From assembly GCA_050575255.1 (NCBI GenBank), contig JBNZDD010013545.1:38905-102904 (forward strand): a stretch of DNA of 64,000 bases, in the 5' to 3' direction. How positions within the stretch are numbered: the stretch's first letter is position 1; every line of letters begins with the position of its first letter. Below the pieces are notes generated by a model. The model did no database searches. It was not told where the DNA came from and worked only from the letters and a program-made list of their open reading frames with translations. The DNA is from Harriotta raleighana (lineage: Eukaryota). A program made the position numbers and the translations under genes. Of the stretch, positions 23,201-50,400 are shown in pieces.

Positions 23201-26068
23201 AGAGCACCAAGTAACCTCATGTACGACCGAAGTCTTATTACATTGACCAAAGCTTCTCAATAGTAATGATAATCCTTACATTTGATGCAACACATTTACT
23301 GCGTTGCTGAGACGCCTCAAAGCACTTCACGGAATATATTGTAAAATAGAATGACTGTATTTTGAGGATGAAACACAGCAGCCAATTGCGCACGGCAGTG
23401 TCCCAGAACAGTCGTGGATTGATCTATCCAAATTTTTTGGGGGGAAGAATTATTACCCTGGAAAGTGATCCACCAATCCAATAACAACCAGGTTCCTGCA
23501 TACTGCTAGGTAAACAGAGGTGTGTGGAGTAAGGTTTCTTGCCTGGGAATCGATCCTGGGTCCTCTCGCTTGTGAGGCGAGTGCTCTAACCACTACACAA
23601 TGGGATGATAGGTAGTTCCTTGAGATAGTTTGAAGGGCACTACATAAAGCAAGTAGTTGTTGTTGTATAACCGTAGTTTTCACAGGCCAGAAACCATATA
23701 TTAGTTGGCACAGTATAACAGGTTTCTAGAAAAAGATCCCTAGGCTCATAAGTATTATGATCTACAGCTGTGCATTGCAGAAACCACTTAAGAATCAAAG
23801 GATACATGAGAATCCTGCTCCGAGTCCACAGATGTTGCCCAGAATGTACGATTCTGGGATGAATAGACCGACAAACAGCAAAATTAAAGGGAGGTGGATG
23901 ATTTTAACATTCGTAATGAACACGACGGTCTTCATCGGGGAGAGTGGGACTATCATTCCCACAATGGAAGACACTAATAGAGTGAATCCTTGAATTGCTC
24001 GTATGTTCTTCATTCCGACCAGCAACGAACCAAGGAAAATGTAGAGGATGGCAGTGAACAGTGTAAAGACAAACATTAGGTACCAATACTTCAATGTTCC
24101 GACGCTCTTTTCCAAACCACGACTGAAATGCCAGAATAGAAGAACGTTGCACACCAGAGCACTCATACTTTTATGGATGAACACGTAAGAATATATGCGG
24201 TAGACTGTTGAAACAAAAAAAACATTCATCATGATATGGGAAGAAACCCTCATTTGTATAATGTACGACAATGCTGTTTGTTTCAAGGGAGGATGATGGG
24301 GATAGGAGCATGGTCTGGGATACCAGGTGCGTTTGTTGTGAGGAGGTTTGGGGAAGGTGGGAAGAGAGTGTGTGTCAATGGGGGGAATATGAGGGATGTA
24401 AGGGGGAGATGAGGATATAAGGGGGGAATGATGGTGGGTGAGGTGGAGGGGGTGAGGGTGTGTGAATTGGGGTGGTCAGGTTGAGAGAATGAGGGGTGGT
24501 GCAATGTGCAGGGGGCATAATGGGGTGGGGTGTACAAGGGTGCATAAAGGGGAATAGTCGGATTGAGAGTGAATGGGGGGTGGCGGGGGTCAGGTTGATA
24601 TTGGGAGGGGATGGTGCAAGGTGGTTGGGGGCTGCAATGAGAGGGTTGGGGGTCGATGAGTGGCTGGGGCATATGAGGGGTGGTGGCCTATGAGGGGGAA
24701 GTGTAAGTGTATGGTGTATGAGGAAGCTGGGGGGTGAGGGTATCTGGTGGAGTATGAAGGGGCTGATGGTGTGTGTACGAGAGGGAGGGGGGTGCTGCGG
24801 GATGTCTGATGGTGTGTGTAGGAGAGGGAGGAGGCTGGGGGCAGTGTCTGATGGTGTGTGTATGAGAGGGAAGGGGCTGGGGGGTGTCTGATGGTGTATG
24901 AGAGGGAGGGGGCTGGGGGGGGTGTCTGATGGTATATGTATGGGGGGCAGTGTCTGACTGATGGTGTGTATATGAGGGAGGGGACTGGGGGGGTGTGTCT
25001 GGTGGCATGTGTATGGGGGGGAGGTGGTGTCTGATTGATAGTGTGTATATGAGAGGGAGAGGGCTGGGGGTGTCTGATGGTGTGTGTACGAGGGGGGTCT
25101 GACTGATGGTGTGTGTACAAGGGGGGTCTGACTGATGGTGTGTGTATGTGAGGGAGGGGGCTGGAGGGGTGTCTGATAGTGTGTGAATGGGGGGTGTGTC
25201 TGACTGATGCGTGTGTGAGAGGAAGGGGGCTGGGGGGTGTCTGATGGTGTATGTATGAGAGGGAGGAGGCTGGGGGGGTGTGTCTGATGGTGTGTGTATG
25301 GGTGGGATGTGTCTGACTGATGCTGGGTGTATGAGAGGGGGCTGGGGGGAGGTGTCTGATTGTGTGTGTATGGGTGGGATGTGTCTGACTGATGGTGTGT
25401 GTATGAGTGGGAGGGGGCTGGGGGTAGGTGTCTGATGGTGTGTGTATGAGAGGGAGGGAGCTGGGTGGGGTGGCTAATGGAGTGTGTATGAAGGGGGGGT
25501 GTCTGATGGTGTATGAGAGGGAGGGGGCTGGGGGGGGGGTCTCTGATGGGAGTGTGTATGAGGGGGAGGGGTGTCTGATGGAGTGTGTATGGGGGGGGGT
25601 GTCTGATGGTGTATGAGAGGGAGAGGGCTGGGGGGGGGGTCTCTGATGGGAGTGTGTATGGGGGGGGAGGGGTGTCTGATGGAGTGTGTATGAGGGGGGG
25701 GTGTCTGATGGTGTATGAGAGGGAGGGGACTGGGGGGGGGGTCTCTGATGGAGTGTGTATGGGGGGGGGTATCTGATGTGGGTATCAGAGGGAAATGGCT
25801 GCGGGGGGCAGGAGGGGGGGTTGGTGGTGTGTGGGGGGGTAGGGGGGGGGGGTAGGGTGAGGGTGAGTCTCTTACCCTGGTAGCGGCTCATGGTGGCGGG
25901 GGCCAGTGTGAAGGCCGTGGCGTCCAGCAGGGCGAGCGAGCAGGTGAGCCAGTACATGAAGAGGCCGAGGAGGATGACACAGGCCGTGCCGCACGGGACC
26001 TCGGGCAGGTTGGACCTGACCAGGTTGGCGAGGGAGGGGGTGGGAGGCCTCACACCTGCCGCTTCCAT
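14298..26068 (-). CDS. RHBDD2: Rhomboid domain-containing protein 2 (inactive rhomboid-like), 4 exons, about 338 aa
   Basis: Exons 25876-26068, 23806-24204, 22618-22774, 14298-14565 join in frame (1017 nt). Motifs match human RHBDD2 as recalled: PEVPCGT, QVYRIYSYVFIH..LEKSVGT, GFT, SYILGNICGL..YGL, LDLSE..YPF..ISG and KPSPGSYPTQ. Confidence 0.92.
17968..18255 (-). mobile_element. Deu-domain SINE in RHBDD2 intron 3
   Basis: Family motifs on the minus strand; internal deletion in the head. Confidence 0.85.
19640..19952 (-). mobile_element. Deu-domain SINE in RHBDD2 intron 3
   Basis: Family motifs on the minus strand. Confidence 0.85.
22866..23165 (+). mobile_element. Deu-domain SINE inside the U12 intron of RHBDD2
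   Basis: Full head, core and tail. Confidence 0.85.
23262..23600 (-). mobile_element. Deu-domain SINE (long variant) inside the U12 intron of RHBDD2
   Basis: Family motifs on the minus strand, including the CTCTGTTTACCTAGCAGTA segment. Confidence 0.8.
24700..25790. repeat. G-rich minisatellite (about 30-45 bp unit, GTGTCTGATGGTGTGTGTATGAGAGGGAGGGGGCTGGGGGG) in RHBDD2 intron 1
   Basis: More than 20 degenerate tandem units visible; strong G/C strand skew. Confidence 0.9.
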
Positions 26069-26194
26069 CCCGGCCGCCTGCCTCCGTCTAGGGAAAGCCT
26101 CAGCCCGGTCCTGATCCTCTTTATCTATCTTATCTCTCTCTCCCTCCCTCCCTCCCGCTCTCTCCCGCTCCCTCCCTCACGCACTCACTGCCTG

Positions 26195-26255
26195 AGAGGC
26201 GGAAGCCCGGCAGCGAGTGACGCGAGATCCGCCCAGGGCCCGTCACCATGGCAAC
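26195..26255. promoter_or_regulatory. RHBDD2 proximal promoter: ETS-like GCGGAAG, half-CRE TGACG, GC box, RFX X-box GTCACCATGGCAAC (26242-26255)
   Basis: Motifs read directly 130-190 nt upstream of the ATG, in CpG-rich sequence. Confidence 0.55.
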
Positions 26256-26599
26256 AGCAGGCCCCGGGCCTAACCACCCAGGGCCTCAGGCCACCCAGCC
26301 CAATAATAATAATAGTAATCATAGTAACAATAAACACAGTAATAAACATAGTAATAATGAAATAAAAATGATAATAATAATATTNAACACAGTAATAAAC
26401 ATAGTAATAATGAAATAAAAATGATAATAATAATAATATGATTCACCTAGACAAATATGCGGTCAATTCGCTTTTTACAGGGTCTTCTGTGAAGCGCTTC
26501 GAAGACGCCGCGAAAAAGCGCTTTTTTGATCAAATGCAAGGATTATCATTATTGCTTGTTGGTACCTCCCGTCATAACCCTTGAATTTGTTGCATCGGG

Positions 26600-26900
26600 T
26601 CCTATCGCGTCTTCTGGACCGCCTCAAAGCGCTTCATAGAATAGACCGTAAATAATAATAATGCTCGGAAAGTCAATCGAACGTGTCTATTTTGTGGGCG
26701 AAACGCGGCAGCGTCCCCACAAACAGTCGCGGATGGAAAAACCGCCAATTTTGCTGTTGTTTTTTTCTCTCTTGAGGGATTATTATCTGGCCCGTGGAGT
26801 GAGGAAACTCGCCCAAGGTTTGGCCCTGACCTGGAATCGAAGCCAGGTCTCTCGCTTGTAAAGGCGAGTGCGCCAACAATCACTGAGTAGCAGGACTCCA
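26600..26900 (-). mobile_element. Deu-domain SINE in the RHBDD2-TAF15 intergenic region
   Basis: Family motifs on the minus strand. Confidence 0.8.
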
Positions 26901-28650
26901 TAATCATCAATCAATCAGGGTAATAAAGCTTGCATTTCAACCTACAACACCTCAAAGTTCTTCAACCGTTGATTGCTGCCAAGTGACTGTGAACTCTGGC
27001 CAGTGAGCTCTTAAGACATTATTAGCTTTCACGTGAGCTGCACTATGATAAACGCAATGCGTGGTTGTTGAGACGAAGAAGGGTCAGCATGTTACTATCT
27101 GTAGTTCTTATTTGTCTTCTTTTTGATCAAGCGATTTGTTTTCCAGGAGGCTACTGGGACAAGAGCCCGTCGAAAGCAATTGATGCTAGGTTCAAAACTC
27201 TTTTCAATAATGGTTAAGCCCCAATCGGGGGTCTAACATGTGCGGATATCTCATCAACGTGCTTAGAAACATCCCCAAATCAGAGTTCCACATATCTATG
27301 CCAACCAAAACATGGAAACATCCCCGGGTTTGGACCGGAATAAACTCTCTGAGGTGAGCTCCTTGATGAATGGAAAACAATGGCACTGCATTCGACAGTG
27401 AATATCGTTCGAAGTATTGCTTCGAGCGATAAATGCAAGTTCTTATTTTTCTTTGTTTGTGCATCCTCTTAAAATATTGTTTCCTCTTATTCCTTTTCGC
27501 CCACAAATATGCAGTATATTCTGTGAAGCTCTTTGTGACGTCTCAAAGACATGACAAGGTACTATATCAAATGCAAGGATTAGACAGTAAAACCTAGATA
27601 ATCCAACATTCTGAAAGCCAGCAACCCCTCTAAAACCAGCAAGATTTCAAAATACATACAGTATTAATATATTCAGAGCTGTGTTTACAGCACATGTGGT
27701 GTATGGGGTGGAGCTTCCTCAGCCATTTCTCGGCAAGTCTCTAAATATTGGCAAACTCCAAAATCCGGGAAGTAAGTGGGCCCAAACGTGCCGATTATCA
27801 AGTAAGTATAGCCATGAACTATGTCCTAATATATTTATTCATGCCAACCCATGGGCGAATAATATTGGATCTACTAATGGATTAATTTTCTTGGTCAACA
27901 CTCTTATGCACACAATTTATTTATTAGGTAGGCACAAATTTTCTATTTCGCTACATCTACATACCACTTCTGTCATTGTTCCAAAGCCTAAGTGTTTTAA
28001 CAAATTGTCACATTAGTTCACATTTTGCCACAGTGATTCATAACTTTGGTACTTTAAATATGTTGAAATTTGGCAAGAACAAACGCAAAAGTATCTCCAG
28101 TTACCACTGATGCAATGAAGCCTATTCTAGTGCTGATAAAATGTATTTATAGGCTGATGTTTAAAGTCTTAAAAGGTCAGGATGCTAGTGACTTTGACCA
28201 GCTTTCTGACATGGTGTTTTAACAGAGAATTATCAAGATAGAAATATTAGCACCAAAAGAGGCTATTTGGTCCTATCATGCTTGTGCCAGGCCAACTCCC
28301 CACTATTGCCAGCTATTCTAAACCCATTTCTCTCCTCTTTACTCATTGCATTTTATATATTTAAACTTTCACCTTTGCTCCATTTTACGATTCAATAATG
28401 AGTTTACTCAGTTTTTGTCGATGCCTGTATGTAAAACAAGGTGCACCATTTTTCAGGTGGACGTTAAAGATAGCAGGCACTATTCGAAGGGAATTTCTCT
28501 GGGTGGCCTAACCAACAATCTAATGCTATGGCGGTTTCTGGCTCATTGCTGTGCACAAACTAGCTGGCGCATTTCCCCACAAAATTCATAATGATTACTT
28601 TACAGTACAATATCTTGCTACAATATTATATATCATTTTATGATATAAGT

Positions 28651-28955
28651 GGAATCCTGTAGCTCAGTGGTTGGAGCACTCGCCTTACAAGTGAGAGACC
28701 TAGATTCAATTCCAGGCAGGTCGAAACCTTGGGCAAGTTTCCTTACTCCATACACCTAATAATAATCCTTCAAAAAAAATTGGTCATTTCAATCCACGTC
28801 TGTTTGTGGGACACTGCAGTGCACAATTGGCAGCCGCGTTTCGCCCATATATATATATATAGTCAATTACTTTACAGTATATTCTGTGAAGTGCTTTGAG
28901 ACATCTAGAAGTTGTGAAAAGTGCTATATCAAATGCAAGGATTATTATTATTATT
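28651..28955 (+). mobile_element. Deu-domain SINE, full length, near consensus
   Basis: GGAATCCTGTAGCTCAGTGGTTGGAGCACTCGCCTTACAAG..TCAAATGCAAGG(ATT)n. Confidence 0.9.
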
Positions 28956-29538
28956 AAGTGCCTTGAGATGGCTTGACTGTAGGATAAGGCAGGCAGAGCA
29001 TCAAATGCAAGTATTATTGTAGTGCATATTCCATTCCAGGCGCTCTAAGAGCACCATATAAATGCAAGTTGTTGTATAATTATTATTATTATTATTGTGA
29101 TAGGTTCCTCCATCAATGAAGAGAGTTGGGTGAGCCCTGTCCATGTTGAGTTCTCTCCCCTCCCTTTCCTCCCTTGTAGAGGTGAGGATCACGTCACGTG
29201 GTGTCAGGCAGAACCGGTTCCAGCCGGCCCCGGAACTGGGTCAGACCGACCGCTACCACCTTGCGGAGGGGTGGGGGAGGGGCATCTGAAAAACTCATTC
29301 CACCATTTCCTCTCCAGAAAAGCACGGACATTCCCCCGTCTAACATCCTATCATAAATATTAAAATGATGTAACCCTCTCTGCCTTTCAAGTGATTCGCT
29401 TTGATTTCCTCCAAACCGTTGTTCCTCCCCACCCCCGCCCCCCAACAGCGAATTGGTACGAGCCAGACCGCCATTTACAGTTGAGTCCAGTGAGTGCGAT
29501 CGAGGCTCAGTGTGTGTGAGAGGCAACGTGAGCGCAGC

Positions 29539-45162
<15,624 letters not shown>

Positions 45163-45288
45163 AAGCAACCTGGGAACAAGATTTTTTTTGTTTTTTGTTT
45201 TTTTTTGCTTTAGTGGTGCTTTAACATTGATGCAATGTAATGTACTTTTTCACTATGTATTTGAAGACTAAGATTAAAATGAATTTTT

Positions 45289-45294
45289 AATAAA
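45289..45294 (+). terminator. Polyadenylation signal AATAAA of TAF15 (a second one at 45560-45565)
   Basis: Canonical hexamers about 130 and 400 nt after the stop codon. Confidence 0.5.
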
Positions 45295-47422
45295 TTGCCT
45301 GTACAGTGACTTGTCTTTGACTACTCTAGTTGGCGGTAGTTATCAGCACAGCTGGTTTGTTTCATGTGAAATATACACCTGTATTGCAGCTGTCTGGTTC
45401 ATTGTCTTTGGGTGTAGTTCCATTCTCTGTATAGAAGGTTTCATCAAACTGTATAAAACAAATGTGACTGCAATAGATACTTTTCAGTTAAAAGTTTGGA
45501 GTTTTAATGATGGATACAAAACCTTGTTGCTATTTCTCTTCAAACGGTTTGAACTCTGCAATAAAGCTGTGTGTATCCTATGGTTTGGCTTCTGATGTCC
45601 TACAGCGATCAATGTGTTGCCGAATGTGAGAAAGCCACTAGTCTTGACATCTGATCTGACCTTTTCACATCCCAGGTGACTGATATTACCTACTGTTGAC
45701 CAGCAGCAATAGGCATGGCTTATGCAATTCAGTAGTTTATTAAAACGAAACGTATCGCTTCACTTCAACTGGGAATTCAAAATTGGACAACTGTCTTGAT
45801 TTCCCCTTTAGTTATTTGGTCATTGTGTCACTAACAATTTCACAGTCTGGAGTTCCCTCATTTGCCTTGGTTTGGTGCTATGGGTGAAGGTAAGGGTTAG
45901 AACAGGCACCTCAGCAGTTTAATAATATTAGTTACCATGACCAATGGCTAACCGTGTGGAGGGGGGGGGGGAGTCCTTGCTATATTTGTGGGAAAGTGGG
46001 ATTATGTGGAGCCCTTGGGATCAAACCTCACATTCTGTCATCGAATGCATTTATGAAATTTACAAAAGGATGTAGACAAAAAGTTTCTAACTGGCCTTGT
46101 GTTTATGTATAGATATTGCCAGTTCAGTAATCCCAACTAATTATACACTCTGAAATGAGTAGAAAGGGGCTTTGTTGAGCTGTGAAATTATGGAGTTACA
46201 GTGATGTGCTTTGATCTCCTGCTGCGTGAAGGAAAGAAGCTAACGCAGCAGTGAGTACGTTGTCTTGCACCTCAAAAGTGTTGGTAGGAAGTGCTGGGAG
46301 AAGATTATATCATTTCCCCTTGTCATTAGGGAATGGTATGTTGTGCGAACAGTTCTAATTCTTGTACTCCACACAGCTCTCCCCCTAGTAGGAGTTAAAC
46401 TTTTTGAGCACATTGCTCATTCTCACCCTCATGTAATTATATCAGGATCCAAATCCTCGACTGTTCAGCAATTTGTGAGTCTTCCTGATGTAAAAGGTAC
46501 TGGTAACCAATGTAAATTATTGATCTTAGGAAAATGGACAGGTGTTTGTGTATTCCAGTGGAGAATTTACTGACTTAAGTATACCTTAAAACTCCAAGGA
46601 TTGGACACTCTCCTGATGGGAAAGGCACTATACATGTAATTTTCTTGTCTTTCAGTGCAGTTCTACAGAGGATGAGTGTAACACTATTGCTCAGTTAGAT
46701 GTGCTGCAGTCAGTCCAGTGTAATTCTTGTTGCACTAATTTCATCGGAAAACTAAGCAAATCCTTGCATTTGATACAGTGCGTTTCAGATTAAGACATCT
46801 AAGTTTAAACTCCCTGTGATGTCATTAAACATTAATTAAAGCCATTAGAGTAGGAAGTTTGCTTTTCCCCCAGGGGAGAGCTAAGTTCTAATTTTTATTC
46901 TGTTCTCAATTTGTTTTAACTCCCTTAAAGCCTGTGTGTGATTAAGTCCTGCCAAATACCCACTGTAACAAGTAACTTGAAGGGCCGCTGCAATCACTAA
47001 AAAATTTGAAATTCCCAAACTTGACTGGTATCTGATTTGTGAGCTGGTGTAATTAATGTTTGTGTGCTGGCCACAGACTTTACTGGAATGGTTTGGACAT
47101 TGATGTTGCCTGGATTGAAATGGCAAGGGAATTTGTGTAGCTTTACACTTGACAGGGATTACTTAACAAATTTCACCTATATAAAGCTTTTCACGTCGGA
47201 GCAGAACGATCCTGTTATAACCCTCTCCGCTGCAACCCCCTACTCCCCTTAAGCATTTAAACTTATTCCACCACACACTTGTTACCTAGCAGCACGCAGA
47301 AACCTGGTTGTTAGTTGATTAGTGGATCGCCTTGTGGGAATGAGAGGTAACAACAATCTCCAAAAGAAAAATGGTCACTCAATCCACAACTATTTGGGGA
47401 GGGTGGGTTTGTGGGGTTATGA

Positions 47423-50400
47423 GGAGAGAGAGCCGGGGAGTGGGATTGACTTTCAACAGCCCTTTTCAAAGAGCCACCGACACAAGACTTGATGGGCCGA
47501 ATGGCCTCCTTTTGTGCTGAAAAATTATTATTCTATTTGTGGGACACTGCAGCGCAGGATTAGCTGTTGCGTTTCGCTCACGAAAACCGTAATCCATTCA
47601 CTTTGCCATATATTTCCTTGATGCGCTTTGAGACGTCTGATCAACAGGATAAAGCGCTGTATCAGATACAGGTAATAATAACCGTTGCATTTGATATAGC
47701 GGCTTTTCACGTCTTCTAGACATCTTGAAGCACTTCATAGAATATATTGTAAAGTGAATTGACTTTACGCAGCCAATTCCGCGCAGCAGTGTCCCCACCA
47801 ACAGCCGTGGATTGAAATGACCAATTTTACTTTCTTTTGGAGGGATTATTATTAGGCGTTAATGTTAGGATCCATTACACAATATGTGAATAGAGATTTA
47901 TCACATTCTGTGGATACAGGAAATGACAAATTCTATCTTTGTAATCAACCATGACTATTAAAAGGTATTATTATTATTATTGGATGAGAGAGGAAAGAAT
48001 TAAGAAACGAATCGGTCACCATTGCCCTTTTAAATGACAAAACTGGGCTGGGTTGATGAAGCAATGGGTGGGTGGTACTTGTGTATGCCTGTTTTTGTCA
48101 GTTCCTTATTGCTGTGATTACAGTCAACTCTAAACACACCCCGAAAAAGAAAAAGCATGGGGGAAAGCAAGCCAAGCCCCCACCCCATCCCAGTGACTGG
48201 ATGAAGAGAGAGGGGGCGAGGCCATCTGTAAACAGCTGGCAAAAGGGGGAAAAATGCCCAACTTCAGGGCAGGGAATGGATTAAAAAGCAGAACTTGAAG
48301 AAATCCTGGATAACTTTTAAAATCAAGACAGCAAGCAGCAACTTGAAGTCGCTATTTTAGCTGCTTCTAGAAATAAATACAAAATTCCTGCCTTGGTTTC
48401 TAACTTGGATGTGTGTGTGTGTGTATAAGTGACTGAGAGACACAAGACAAGGCAGGGATAGATAATAGAGAGGAAAGGGAGTGAAAAGAGCTGAGCACAC
48501 AATGAGTTGTGAAGTTTCTACTGAAAGTTTGCTAACTTTGTCAAAGTTTTTGCTAGTTTCTCTCCTGCTCACTACCCCTTCGGGGTGTTTGCCTGTGGAT
48601 CAGACACAACCGAGAGACAGAGGAAAAGCCCTGAGATTGCTGTCTGCAGAGGTAAGTGAGTCTTTTGTCTTAACAAATATTTTTGGGGGAAACAATACAT
48701 TTATGATCCGAGTTTTTAATGCAGCAATCTTGTTTCTTTGTTCGTTTCACCGATTTTGTTTTGGAAAAACTAAAGTATTCGGTGTGTCAGTCAGTCAGTC
48801 GATTTTCTTCTAATAATTCTTATTACTATGATTATTATAACTATAATATGATAATCTTTATGTTTGAGTCAAAGGAATGAAACTAACCCACACCCCCCCC
48901 TCCAAATTTCCTATTTCCTCAAAATAGCTGTTTAGCTTTTTTTTCAAAAAAATACTTTTTTTTAAAATATATATTTTTAACTACATTCTTATTTTTCTCA
49001 AACGCCTGACAGTCGCCAGACAGACAACGTGTTTACAAAGGTTTGTGGGGAAACTTTTTATTCCAGTCAATTCGAATTGGGGAATAACTAGGATTTGCTA
49101 GATTTGCTCCAAGACGTTTTTTTCATCGTTCAATACATTCATTCCCCGAGTGTTGTAATTAAATATAGTGTATAGTATACATATATATATATATATGCAT
49201 ATATATATTTTTTGACTCAGTGACACAGGGAAATTGCTGTCACTTGAAGACTTTTGTTTTGAAAGAAAATAAATCAACTCCCAATGGGTCAAAAATCCTT
49301 CTTTTGGACACTTATCATTGAGGATTCTGTGAATTATTAATCTCTCTCTCTCTCCCCTATCCACCCACCCCCACACACGCAGAGCCAGAGGGACTCCTAA
49401 GATACAGTAAAGGTATTTGAGCAACTTACTGGAAAATTGGACTGGGAAGTAGAGTAATAAAATTATACAGATTTACTACCTAAGCAGTTTTGTAATTTAA
49501 TAACTGCTCCTAATGCCAGCCCCTGGTACATAAAACACACCACTTCATTGTACTGTGTGTGCATCCTCATAATAATTATTAATGAGAATAACGATCCTTG
49601 CATTTGATATAGCGCCTGATGAGCCATATCAAAGCGCTTCACAGAATATATCGTAAAGTTGGCTGACTGTTGCGTGGGCGAAAAGCGATTCCGCACAGCA
49701 GCGTCCCACAAAGAGACGCNNNNNNNNNNGGAGAGAGAGCCGGGGAGTGGGATTGACTTTCAACAGCCCTTTTCAAAGAGCCACCGACACAAGACTTGAT
49801 GGGCCGAATGGCCTCCTTTTGTGCTGAAAAATTATTATTCTATTTGTGGGACACTGCAGCGCAGGATTAGCTGTTGCGTTTCGCTCACGAAAACCGTAAT
49901 CCATTCACTTTGCCATATATTTCCTTGATGCGCTTTGAGACGTCTGATCAACAGGATAAAGCGCTGTATCAGATACAGGTAATAATAACCGTTGCATTTG
50001 ATATAGCGGCTTTTCACGTCTTCTAGACATCTTGAAGCACTTCATAGAATATATTGTAAAGTGAATTGACTTTACGCAGCCAATTCCGCGCAGCAGTGTC
50101 CCCACCAACAGCCGTGGATTGAAATGACCAATTTTACTTTCTTTTGGAGGGATTATTATTAGGCGTTAATGTTAGGATCCATTACACAATATGTGAATAG
50201 AGATTTATCACATTCTGTGGATACAGGAAATGACAAATTCTATCTTTGTAATCAACCATGACTATTAAAAGGTATTATTATTATTATTGGATGAGAGAGG
50301 AAAGAATTAAGAAACGAATCGGTCACCATTGCCCTTTTAAATGACAAAACTGGGCTGGGTTGATGAAGCAATGGGTGGGTGGTACTTGTGTATGCCTGTT

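Larger units (their letters stand above)
22775..23805 (-). other. U12-type (minor spliceosome) GT-AG intron, RHBDD2 intron 2
   Basis: 5' splice site GTATCCTTT; branch point TCCTTAAC ending 16 nt before the intron end; no polypyrimidine tract. Confidence 0.9.

Noticed and set aside
26333-26437. AT-rich direct repeat upstream of RHBDD2
   Set aside because: Flanks a single N at 26385; artefact or simple repeat.
27585-27810. Possible Tigger/pogo-like MITE (CAGTAAAACCTAGATAATCC ... CCGATTATCAAGT)
   Set aside because: Right TIR is too degenerate and no clear TA target duplication; not supportable by eye.
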